From: a virus
Taxonomy: Duplodnaviria; Caudoviricetes
Virus record (IMG/VR): IMGVR_UViG_3300045519_000021
Span: 1-43,583 of that record
Direction: 5' to 3' (one strand)
DNA length: 43,583 nucleotides
Part shown: positions 35,635 through 42,569 of the stretch, piece by piece
Layout of the letters: every line of letters begins with the position of its first letter
How positions within the stretch are numbered: the first letter of the stretch is position 1
Translations under genes and position numbers: made by a program
The notes under the pieces: generated by a model
Database searches by the model: none
The model's input: the letters and a program-made list of their open reading frames with translations, nothing else
Told to the model about the DNA's origin: nothing

Positions 35635-36057
35635 ATGCGGCAATTTCTCGTCCGTGTGTTCCTCGACCCGCCCCGGCACCGACCCGTCGGCCTCGTCGGC
35701 TACATCGTCGCCGTCATCATGGGCATCGCTTGTCTCACCGTGCCACCGCGCACGATCGAGAACGAACTCGGCACCGCGCTGACGTTCGTGTGGGGCCTCA
35801 TCATGCTCATCGGCGGGCTCGGCGGCTGCCTCACCGTCTACTCGCGGTGGTGGTGGGCCGAACGAGCGTCGATCCTCCTGCTCATGACCGGCCTGATGAT
35901 CTATCTCACGCAAGTCGTCTGGCTCATCATCACCGCCGAAGGCAATCGCGTTCCGCAGCTGTGCAGTCTCATTTTTGCCGAGCTGTTCTTCCTCTCTCGC
36001 ATCCTCAATATCCGAGGGTGGGATTATCGCCCGCCAATTCTCGATGACCGGGGGTAG
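35635..36057 (+). CDS. Four-TM membrane protein (lysis module)
   Basis: Four hydrophobic segments. Confidence 0.72.
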   Translation: MRQFLVRVFLDPPRHRPVGLVGYIVAVIMGIACLTVPPRTIENELGTALTFVWGLIMLIGGLGGCLTVYSRWWWAERASILLLMTGLMIYLTQVVWLIITAEGNRVPQLCSLIFAELFFLSRILNIRGWDYRPPILDDRG

Positions 36058-36062
36058 CGCCG

Positions 36063-36353
36063 ATGACTCCGGAGCAGCTGACCGGGCTTGGGATTGCGCT
36101 CTTCTCTAGTGGCGGAGTCGGCCTCTACATCGTGCAGAAGCTGCTCGACCGGCGAGGCAAGAAGCATACCGACGAGCAGAAGGCGTGGCGGCTCGTGCGA
36201 AAGATTCGAAATGACCTATTCGCAATGGAAGACGCATACAACGAACTCCGGCGAATTGCCGTCAATGCACCGTGCATTGACACCGACGAACTCCCGCGGC
36301 GCCCAGTTATTGGCGGCACCGGGGCAATCGAAACTCAAGGAGATTCCAAATGA
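36063..36353 (+). CDS. Single-TM membrane protein (lysis module)
   Basis: N-terminal TM segment, then basic/coiled region. Confidence 0.68.
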   Translation: MTPEQLTGLGIALFSSGGVGLYIVQKLLDRRGKKHTDEQKAWRLVRKIRNDLFAMEDAYNELRRIAVNAPCIDTDELPRRPVIGGTGAIETQGDSK

Positions 36354-36664
36354 TCGAATTCACCCTGCCACCGTCGCTCGTCATCTCGCTCGTCGTCGCC
36401 GTCGTCCTGCCGGCACTCGTTGGCCTCGTCACTACTCGCGTCACCTCGGGCGCGTTCAAGGGCATCCTGCTCGCTGTGCTCTCGCTGGCGACTGGTGTCC
36501 TCACCGAGCTTGGTGCGGCACTCGCCACGGGCGAGGCATACGACATCGGAGTCGGCGTCCTGAACGCCCTTCTCGCGCTCGGCGTCGCGCAAGGCAGCTA
36601 CGCCTCGATGTGGAAGCCCACCGGCGCGAGCGAGCAGCTGCAGCGCATCGGCAACGACAAATAG
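36350..36664 (+). CDS. Holin
   Basis: VLPALVGLVT...KGILLAVLS...WKPTG; 2-3 TM segments. Confidence 0.78.
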   Translation: MIEFTLPPSLVISLVVAVVLPALVGLVTTRVTSGAFKGILLAVLSLATGVLTELGAALATGEAYDIGVGVLNALLALGVAQGSYASMWKPTGASEQLQRIGNDK

Positions 36665-36679
36665 CGACGGAGGCGACCG

Positions 36680-37237
36680 GTGTCGATTCCTGCCCCTACT
36701 GACCTCGCGTACGGCCTCGTCGTCGGACGCGTCATCCGTTCCGTCGCCGACGGCGATGACGAGGACGACTACCCCGACACGCTCGCGCCGCGCGGCACTG
36801 GAGTGTTCACGCCGGTCGCCACGCTCGACCGCACAGAGCAATACTCCGCGCTCGTCGTGAAGGAAGAGATCCCGTTCGGTTTCGACTCGAACGGGAACAT
36901 ATGCCTCCTCAACGTGGACGACACTCCCCGGCCCCCGGGTGTGTGGCTCACCACCGGCGTTTGGCGTGCGCGGTTCAACCTCGTCGCCGCCGCGATCCCC
37001 GAGTTCCGGTTCGAGGTCACCGCGGCGCACACCTCGGAGGCGCCGCTCGACCTCGTTCACGCCGCACCACCGACGCCGGGGGAGGGCGTCACGATCGTCA
37101 CCGTCAACGTGCCGGCGGGCGGCTGGGCCGGCGCCGTGCTCGGCTACGAAAACGGCGGCATCGCGTGGGTCCAGCCCGAGAGCGCACTCGACGAGACCGC
37201 CATCCTCAACGCCTACACAGGAGCGCGAAATGGGTGA
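36680..37237 (+). CDS. Minor tail protein, probable fibre base/attachment domain
   Basis: YGLVVGRVIRSVADGDDEDDYPD...GVFTP...GVWL...PLDL, an N-terminal pattern of actinophage fibre proteins; GGAGG RBS. Confidence 0.68.
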   Translation: MSIPAPTDLAYGLVVGRVIRSVADGDDEDDYPDTLAPRGTGVFTPVATLDRTEQYSALVVKEEIPFGFDSNGNICLLNVDDTPRPPGVWLTTGVWRARFNLVAAAIPEFRFEVTAAHTSEAPLDLVHAAPPTPGEGVTIVTVNVPAGGWAGAVLGYENGGIAWVQPESALDETAILNAYTGARNG

Positions 37238-37613
37238 CCTGCAAACCTTCGCAGTACTCGTCGCCGAGGACATCAACGCAGTCGAATACCGGCTGACCGC
37301 CGCCGAGGGCCGACTGGACACCGCGCTTGTTGCGGAAGACCTCGCCCCGCTCGAGGGGCGAGTCACCGCTGCCGAGGGCCGACTCACCGCAGCTGAGGGC
37401 CGACTCGACGCCACGCTCGACGCCGACGACCTGGCCCCGCTCGAGGGACGTATGTCGTCGGCAGAGACGCGGCTCACCAGCGTCGAGGCGTCGCAGGGCG
37501 GCACATCGCTCGCCAACGCGAAATTCGGCGAGGGCGCACCAGTCGGCGGCGCACCGGTCGGGTTCTGGCACTACGACGTGCTCACCGGCGACATCTACCG
37601 AATGGAGGCCTAA
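37230..37613 (+). CDS. Coiled-coil fibre stalk / adaptor, 127 aa
   Basis: AGGAG RBS + ATG 37230; LTAAEGR heptads; ends GEGAPVGGAPVGFWHYDVLTGDIYRMEA. Confidence 0.72.
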   Translation: MGDLQTFAVLVAEDINAVEYRLTAAEGRLDTALVAEDLAPLEGRVTAAEGRLTAAEGRLDATLDADDLAPLEGRMSSAETRLTSVEASQGGTSLANAKFGEGAPVGGAPVGFWHYDVLTGDIYRMEA

Positions 37614-37615
37614 CC

Positions 37616-37990
37616 ATGGCATGGATGCGACGTGATCCAGACACAGGTGTCCGCGACATCACCGGCCTCATCACCGCAGCGGTCACGTCGGGCCGGCTCC
37701 TCGTGCAGCGGAAACGCTCGCGGCTCATCGTCGTTGGTGACGACCTCGTCTTCGCTGAGGCCGGCACCAACGTGCCGCTCCCGCGCCTCGCCGACGGCTA
37801 CCGGCCACGCTGGCGACTGCGCGAGACCTGGTACCCCTCCACCGGCTACACCGCCGGCGGCACGTTCTCGGTCACACCGGCCGGCTACTCGAACATCTAC
37901 TCGGTCGTCGCTGGCCAGCCGATCTCGTTCTACGCCGAGGTCGAGGCTGCCGGCGCGTTCCCATCGAACCTCATGGGGGTGAGCGGCTGA
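37616..37990 (+). CDS. Fibre-tip-like cassette 1
   Basis: MAWMRR leader; DTGVRDIT, GRLLVQR, LADGYRP, VTPAG. Confidence 0.8.
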   Translation: MAWMRRDPDTGVRDITGLITAAVTSGRLLVQRKRSRLIVVGDDLVFAEAGTNVPLPRLADGYRPRWRLRETWYPSTGYTAGGTFSVTPAGYSNIYSVVAGQPISFYAEVEAAGAFPSNLMGVSG

Positions 37991-38322
37991 TGCCCTGGCT
38001 CAAGCGCTCCGCGACGTCGGACTGGACCGACATCACGCACCTCATCAGCCGCCCCGTTACCTCGGGGCGGCTTCTGTTTCAGCAGAAGGCTGACGGCGAT
38101 CGTGTGATCGCGTTCGACGTGCTCGTGCTCGGCGACACAACCGGCGGCAATATCGCCGTCATCCCGTCAGAACTCGGCCGCCCAGCGTTCACCGAGGCCG
38201 AGTACCTGCCGGGCGTCACGAACCGCGTCCAGATCACCAACACCGGCAACCTCCAGGCCTACGGGCTAACCATCGGCCCGATTTTCGGACGCCTCACCTA
38301 CAGCACAAAGGCGGTCGCGTAA
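37990..38322 (+). CDS. Fibre-tip-like cassette 2
   Basis: MPWLKR leader; SDWTDIT, GRLLFQ, IPSELGRP, ITNTG; TGATG coupling. Confidence 0.8.
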   Translation: MPWLKRSATSDWTDITHLISRPVTSGRLLFQQKADGDRVIAFDVLVLGDTTGGNIAVIPSELGRPAFTEAEYLPGVTNRVQITNTGNLQAYGLTIGPIFGRLTYSTKAVA

Positions 38323-38714
38323 TGGCCTGGAGCCTGAAACCACGCCGAACCGGCCTGCGCGACATCTCTGCCGAGCTCCGCGACGGCTGGGCCGGTGTGC
38401 TCACCGTCGAACGCGTCGGTGACGTCGTCTGGTTCCGCGGCCAGCTCGACGGCGCCGCCGCAACCAGCGATATCCCGTGGCTCCTGCCCTCGGGGTTCCG
38501 GCCCGGAATCATCACCTCCGGTGGCCGCTACGAGTACGGGTCGGGGCTCGCGTCCAGCGCGGGTGGTGGACCCATCTCGATGTACCGCATCAACCACTAC
38601 AACAACCGCCTGCAGCTCGTCGCCGCGAACGGGGCGCCGACGCTCATCAACATCAACCACCAGATTCGGGCGCGCGACGCGTTCCCGACGGCATACCCGG
38701 GGGTTGGGATCTGA
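38322..38714 (+). CDS. Fibre-tip-like cassette 3
   Basis: MAWSLK leader; TGLRDIS, VERVGDVVWFRG, LPSGFRP; TAATG coupling. Confidence 0.8.
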   Translation: MAWSLKPRRTGLRDISAELRDGWAGVLTVERVGDVVWFRGQLDGAAATSDIPWLLPSGFRPGIITSGGRYEYGSGLASSAGGGPISMYRINHYNNRLQLVAANGAPTLININHQIRARDAFPTAYPGVGI

Positions 38715-39082
38715 TGGCGCTTTGGCAACGCCGACACCGGCAGCTGACCGACTGGATCGACATCACCAGCCGATTCGCAGTCCTCCCCGAGAGCGGGGTG
38801 ATGCGCGTCGCGCGCGAGGGGCGCACCGTCACGCTCATGGCTGACGGGCTCGTCTTCGCCGATGATGCGCCGTTCCTCAACCTCGGCGTCATCCTCGACG
38901 AACAATTCCGGCCGCATTACTCGAACACCGACATCGGTCTCGGCCGACGGCTCGCGGCCGACCCTGGCGGGTCGATCCGCATCGACCGCACTGGCGCTGT
39001 CTACCTCTACCAGGTGAAGGCAGGCCTCGCGATCCGCGGCACCGGAACATACCGCTGCGACAACCCGATCCCGGAGGCATAG
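38714..39082 (+). CDS. Fibre-tip-like cassette 4
   Basis: True start ATG 38714 (TGATG); MALWQRR; TDWIDIT, AREGRTVTL, LDEQFRP, IDRTG. Confidence 0.8.
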   Translation: MALWQRRHRQLTDWIDITSRFAVLPESGVMRVAREGRTVTLMADGLVFADDAPFLNLGVILDEQFRPHYSNTDIGLGRRLAADPGGSIRIDRTGAVYLYQVKAGLAIRGTGTYRCDNPIPEA

Positions 39083-39084
39083 CT

Positions 39085-39471
39085 ATGTGGGCTCTGAAAA
39101 CCCGTTCCGTGCGCGACTCCGGGCTGTGGAACGTCACGTCGCTCATCGGCGCACCCGTCACCTCCGGCAACCTCTACGTGCAACGCACCGGCGAAACACT
39201 GTGGCTGCTCGCCGACGCGCTGCGCCTCGGCGAGGTTTCGGGAACGTTTGACCTGCTGCCGTCTGGCACGCTCCCGAGTGGGCTCCGCCCGAGCGGGCGC
39301 AGCTGCTGGACAAACCTGTTCAACAGCGCCGGCCAGTTACGCCGGCTCGCGGTCTCGCCGGCCGGCTGGGTGCCGCTCTATTTCGCTGCGCCAAACGACG
39401 TGCTGCATTTCACGGTGTCGGTACCGGTCTCGGGTGATTTTCCGACGAGCTACCCGGGGGTGAAGGTCTGA
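39085..39471 (+). CDS. Fibre-tip-like cassette 5
   Basis: MWALK leader; DSGLWNVT, QRTGETLWL, LPSGLRP, VSPAG. Confidence 0.8.
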   Translation: MWALKTRSVRDSGLWNVTSLIGAPVTSGNLYVQRTGETLWLLADALRLGEVSGTFDLLPSGTLPSGLRPSGRSCWTNLFNSAGQLRRLAVSPAGWVPLYFAAPNDVLHFTVSVPVSGDFPTSYPGVKV

Positions 39472-39839
39472 TGCCTTGGTCGCTACGGCGCCAGCGCGCC
39501 ACCGTGTGGATCGATCTCACGACACAGCTCCTGAACGGGTGGGTGGCAGCGAGTCTGCGCGTGAAGCGCGACGGCGACATCGTCCTCGTCGAGTCGCAAT
39601 CTCTCGACGGGTCTGCCGCGACGAGTGACAACGTCGTGCAGCTTCCCATCGGCTTCTTCATCGCACGCCGGTCGTTCGTGTTCTCGACGGGTCTTGCAGC
39701 GGCGCCCGTGCAAAACGGATTTACCAACAACGCCGGAGTCCTCGCGCTGCCACGCACGATGGCCGTCACGAACGGCTACGCCGCCGGGCTGAGCCAGTTC
39801 CCGGTGCCCGGGGTGCCATTCCCGAAGGGAGCATCATGA
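39471..39839 (+). CDS. Fibre-tip-like cassette 6
   Basis: MPWSLRR leader; VWIDLT, KRDGDIVLV, LPIGF. Confidence 0.8.
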   Translation: MPWSLRRQRATVWIDLTTQLLNGWVAASLRVKRDGDIVLVESQSLDGSAATSDNVVQLPIGFFIARRSFVFSTGLAAAPVQNGFTNNAGVLALPRTMAVTNGYAAGLSQFPVPGVPFPKGAS

Positions 39840-40174
39840 GCTGGGTAAAGCGCCGCGGCCGCGGTACGTGGGAGAACCTCACCCTCCTCGCGGGAGTGAC
39901 TGGATCAGCAGCGATTCGCCGCGACGACGACACCGTCACGTTCCTCACGAGCGGGCTCACGGTTGGGAACGCGGGCAACGTCAACATCGCAAGCCTCACA
40001 TCGAACTACCTGCCCGTGCCCGACCCCGTCGGCATGAACGGTCGCCAGGGAGTTCTCGTCACCGCATCCGGTGAGGTCCGCCTCGTGTCGGTGTTCGCTG
40101 GCAACCTCCGCATCCTCGGAGCCACCGCCGGCGCAACCTACGCCGGCACCGTCACATGGAGAGCAGGGAACTGA
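39836..40174 (+). CDS. Fibre-tip-like cassette 7
   Basis: MSWVKRR leader; TWENLT, RRDDDTVTF, LTSNYLP. Confidence 0.78.
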   Translation: MSWVKRRGRGTWENLTLLAGVTGSAAIRRDDDTVTFLTSGLTVGNAGNVNIASLTSNYLPVPDPVGMNGRQGVLVTASGEVRLVSVFAGNLRILGATAGATYAGTVTWRAGN

Positions 40175-40458
40175 TGGTCTGGGCAAAACGTCCACGAGCG
40201 GCGGTAGTACTCACGAACGAGCACCTCGACACCATCACGTCGCCCAACCGGTACGTGGTGCAGTTTGGTGCGTACGCGACCGCAGCGAACGGCTACCCGT
40301 ATGACGAGGTGCCGGGGTTCCTCGAGGTGTTGCAGTGGCGTGATGGCCAGCCGTTGCAGGTATTCATTCCCTGGGACGGCGGATACGCGGTCGTGAAGCG
40401 GAGCTGCCTGTCAGGCGTTTGGCGTCCTTGGCGCGACCTAATGGGGGTGACGATTTAA
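40174..40458 (+). CDS. Fibre-tip cassette 8, pyocin-knob-like domain
   Basis: MVWAKR leader; LDTITSPNRY...NGYP...GFLEV...Q...KR...WRPW. Confidence 0.75.
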   Translation: MVWAKRPRAAVVLTNEHLDTITSPNRYVVQFGAYATAANGYPYDEVPGFLEVLQWRDGQPLQVFIPWDGGYAVVKRSCLSGVWRPWRDLMGVTI

Positions 40459-40526
40459 TGGTCTGGCAACGCAGAATCACGCCCGGCACATACGAAACCG
40501 GGCCGATCGCGGGGGTGAAGCTGTGA
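40458..40526 (+). CDS. 22-aa leader-only mini-ORF (cassette 9; not in ORF track)
   Basis: MVWQRRITPGTYETGPIAGVKL*; TAATG coupling upstream, GTGA overlap downstream. Confidence 0.65.
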   Translation: MVWQRRITPGTYETGPIAGVKL

Positions 40527-40921
40527 CGCGTACCGATTGGCAAGTCGTCCATACGTCCGCTGCCGGCCTCGCACCGCAGGGCCCGAACGACCCGATCCAG
40601 TTTTTCCGCGTGCTGCGGGTTGACCACACCGTGATTGTCGACCTGTCGGGGCTGCGGCTCGACACGACGAAGCCAGGGCTCGCCAACCTCGGTCACCTCC
40701 CAGATTGGGCGTGCGGGGCGCCGCTGCCGCACCAATACCACTGGGTGAACGACTCCGCGACATCGCTCCACCCTTCGCTGTGCTCGCTCTACTACGGCAA
40801 AACCATCTACTGGAACCAGCAGGTCGTCAAAGGATTGCTGGCGATCACCCGACCGGAGACGCTACGCGGCGGCTTCGAATTCACCACCCTTGCGTCGTTC
40901 CCGAAGCACCTGGAGGTCTGA
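40523..40921 (+). CDS. Fibre-tip-like cassette 10 (lacks its own Trp/basic leader)
   Basis: TDWQ, LRVDHTVIVDLSGL, HLPDWA, C-terminal FP. Confidence 0.72.
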   Translation: MTRTDWQVVHTSAAGLAPQGPNDPIQFFRVLRVDHTVIVDLSGLRLDTTKPGLANLGHLPDWACGAPLPHQYHWVNDSATSLHPSLCSLYYGKTIYWNQQVVKGLLAITRPETLRGGFEFTTLASFPKHLEV

Positions 40922-40923
40922 CA

Positions 40924-41364
40924 TTGGACATCGACACGATGAGCGACAGCGAGCTCGCCGACGCGGCCGCATCCGCGCAGGCCGAACTCGAGCGCCGACA
41001 GAAACTCGCGGACGCGGCGCGCCGAACCGACGCGATGCTGCTCGACTACCTCGTCGCCGAAGGGCGCGAGAACGGCGCCGCCTGGCAGGCACCGGTCGGC
41101 ATCATCGGCGCGTACCCCCGCGGGTGGCGCGTCGAGCACGCTGGCGCCCACTACGACGCCACTCAGCTCGGTGTCACGACCGAGCCCCCGGGCGACGGCT
41201 GGGAGCCCGCCACCGGCCCGCTTGTGCCGTTCTGGCAGCCGGGCCCGTTCCAGGCCGGCGACCTCGCCCGCGACGCCGGCCGAGTCTGGCGTGCCCTCGC
41301 CGACGTCCACGGCTCCCGCCCGAGCGAGTACCCGGGCGGCTGGGAACTCGTCGAGGCTGAGTGA
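40924..41364 (+). CDS. Protein with two CBM5/12-like (chitin-binding-type) repeats
   Basis: GGAGG RBS + TTG 40924; WQAPVG..AYPRGWRVEHAG..Y..EPPGDGW and FQAGDLARDAGRVW...GW. Confidence 0.68.
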   Translation: MDIDTMSDSELADAAASAQAELERRQKLADAARRTDAMLLDYLVAEGRENGAAWQAPVGIIGAYPRGWRVEHAGAHYDATQLGVTTEPPGDGWEPATGPLVPFWQPGPFQAGDLARDAGRVWRALADVHGSRPSEYPGGWELVEAE

Positions 41365-41606
41365 GCGTCATGGCGATCGAGCTCGATGACGTTGACCGGC
41401 AGCTCCTCGATTTCGAGGCCGAGTGGCCGCTGCACGGTGGCCGCAAGGTCGACGCAATCCGGCGCGCGTTCGGCTGGACAGCGACCCGCTACTACGCCGT
41501 GCTCGGCGCGCTCATCGAGCTGCCGGCTGCCTGGCAGTACGCGCCGATGACGGTGAAGCGTGCGCTCGAGCGACGCGACGCCGCGCGAGCTTCTCGCGTC
41601 GTCTGA
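41361..41606 (+). CDS. DUF3263 family protein
   Basis: DRQLLDFEAEW...GRKVDAIRRAFG...TRYYAVL..LIE.PAA...PMTVKR. Confidence 0.8.
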   Translation: MSVMAIELDDVDRQLLDFEAEWPLHGGRKVDAIRRAFGWTATRYYAVLGALIELPAAWQYAPMTVKRALERRDAARASRVV

Positions 41607-41620
41607 ACTGCACAACGAAT

Positions 41621-41670
41621 GCCCCTCCCTCTATGCCTACGGGCGTGGAGGGAGGGGCGATTTTCGTTTT
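41621..41670 (+). terminator. Intrinsic terminator ending the late operon (between convergent genes)
   Basis: GCCCCTCCCTCTATGCC-TACG-GGCGTGGAGGGAGGGGC followed by GATTTTCGTTTT. Confidence 0.82.
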
Positions 41671-41675
41671 CCGGG

Positions 41676-41786
41676 CTAGTGGAAGTCTCCCCACTCGAGC
41701 ATCGCGTCGGGCTCGCGGTCGAGAACGCGCGCGCCGAGCGCGAGGTACCAGCCGCGCGGCAGCGGTTCAGACGGGCACCCTGTCAT
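41676..41786 (-). CDS. Possible 36-aa protein
   Basis: MTGCPSEPLPRGWYLALG...; fills the gap to the terminator. Confidence 0.35.
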   Translation of the reverse strand: MTGCPSEPLPRGWYLALGARVLDREPDAMLEWGDFH

Positions 41787-41792
41787 GAATTG

Positions 41793-41966
41793 CTAGTCCA
41801 ATATGTCGTCGGGGAAATCGGCACGAGCCTCACGTTGTTCTGCGAGGTCGGGAACCTCGAGCGGCTGCAGCACTCCGACGCACCGGTTCACGGCTTCGAG
41901 TCGGTCATCCTCGGGCACGCGCTCGAGGTGCGCGACGAGCACATCGACAGCTTCGTCGAGACTCAT
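41793..41966 (-). CDS. 57-aa acidic hypothetical protein
   Basis: MSLDEAVDVLVAHLERVP...; ATG overlaps the lipoprotein stop (TGATG). Confidence 0.55.
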   Translation of the reverse strand: MSLDEAVDVLVAHLERVPEDDRLEAVNRCVGVLQPLEVPDLAEQREARADFPDDILD

Positions 41967-42535
41967 CAGAACTCGAGCTCGTATCCGGTCGAGCCCTCCA
42001 TTGCCACCATGCCCGTGGAGCCGCCGGAGACTTTGAGGATGATCGAGCCGTGCTCGTCAGGGAACGACACGAGGAGCACGCCGCGGGTCTTCTCGCCGCC
42101 CGAGATCGTGCCCTCGAACCCCTCTTCGTCGCTGATGTCGGCGATCGAGTGCTCGATCCCGTCGCTGATGTTGTAGCCCTCGGAGTCGACGCCGAGCCAC
42201 ACGAATTGCAGCGGTTCGGCGAGGTCGGGCGTCGCGGACGCGCTCACCGTCACGAGGAAGTACGTGCGGTCCTGGTCGAACGCGAACGCCGAGTCGGACG
42301 TGTCGACTTCCGCCATGTCTTCGATCGTGAGTTCACCGACCTCGGCGTCGCCGTCGTACAGGGTGACGGGTTCGCCGAGTTCCACGAGCTGGTGCCCGCG
42401 CTCGCTGGTGGCGACGTCAGTGGCTTGCTCTTGGCCGGCGTCGGGTTCGGTGGGTGCGTCGTCGGTCTGGCTCGCGCATCCGGTGAGTCCGAGCGTGAGG
42501 AGTGCGGCGACGGCCATGAGGGGTCTAGTGGTCAT
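41966..42535 (-). CDS. Lipoprotein with Ig-like (DUF4352-like) domain
   Basis: AGGAAGG RBS + ATG 42535; signal peptide with lipobox LTGC; ISGGEKTRGVLL. Confidence 0.75.
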   Translation of the reverse strand: MTTRPLMAVAALLTLGLTGCASQTDDAPTEPDAGQEQATDVATSERGHQLVELGEPVTLYDGDAEVGELTIEDMAEVDTSDSAFAFDQDRTYFLVTVSASATPDLAEPLQFVWLGVDSEGYNISDGIEHSIADISDEEGFEGTISGGEKTRGVLLVSFPDEHGSIILKVSGGSTGMVAMEGSTGYELEF

Positions 42536-42569
42536 GACGGGAGTCCTTCCTGCGGGGTTGTTGGGGAGT

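Noticed and set aside
37960-40526. Shared C-terminal 'GV' ending of several cassettes as a protein motif
   Set aside because: Explained by the GGGGGT(G) Shine-Dalgarno needed for the coupled downstream start
37616-40921. Shufflon or DGR explanation for the cassette array
   Set aside because: No invertase or reverse transcriptase in the window, all cassettes co-oriented with their own starts, and no repeated crossover site or template/variable repeat pair visible by eye
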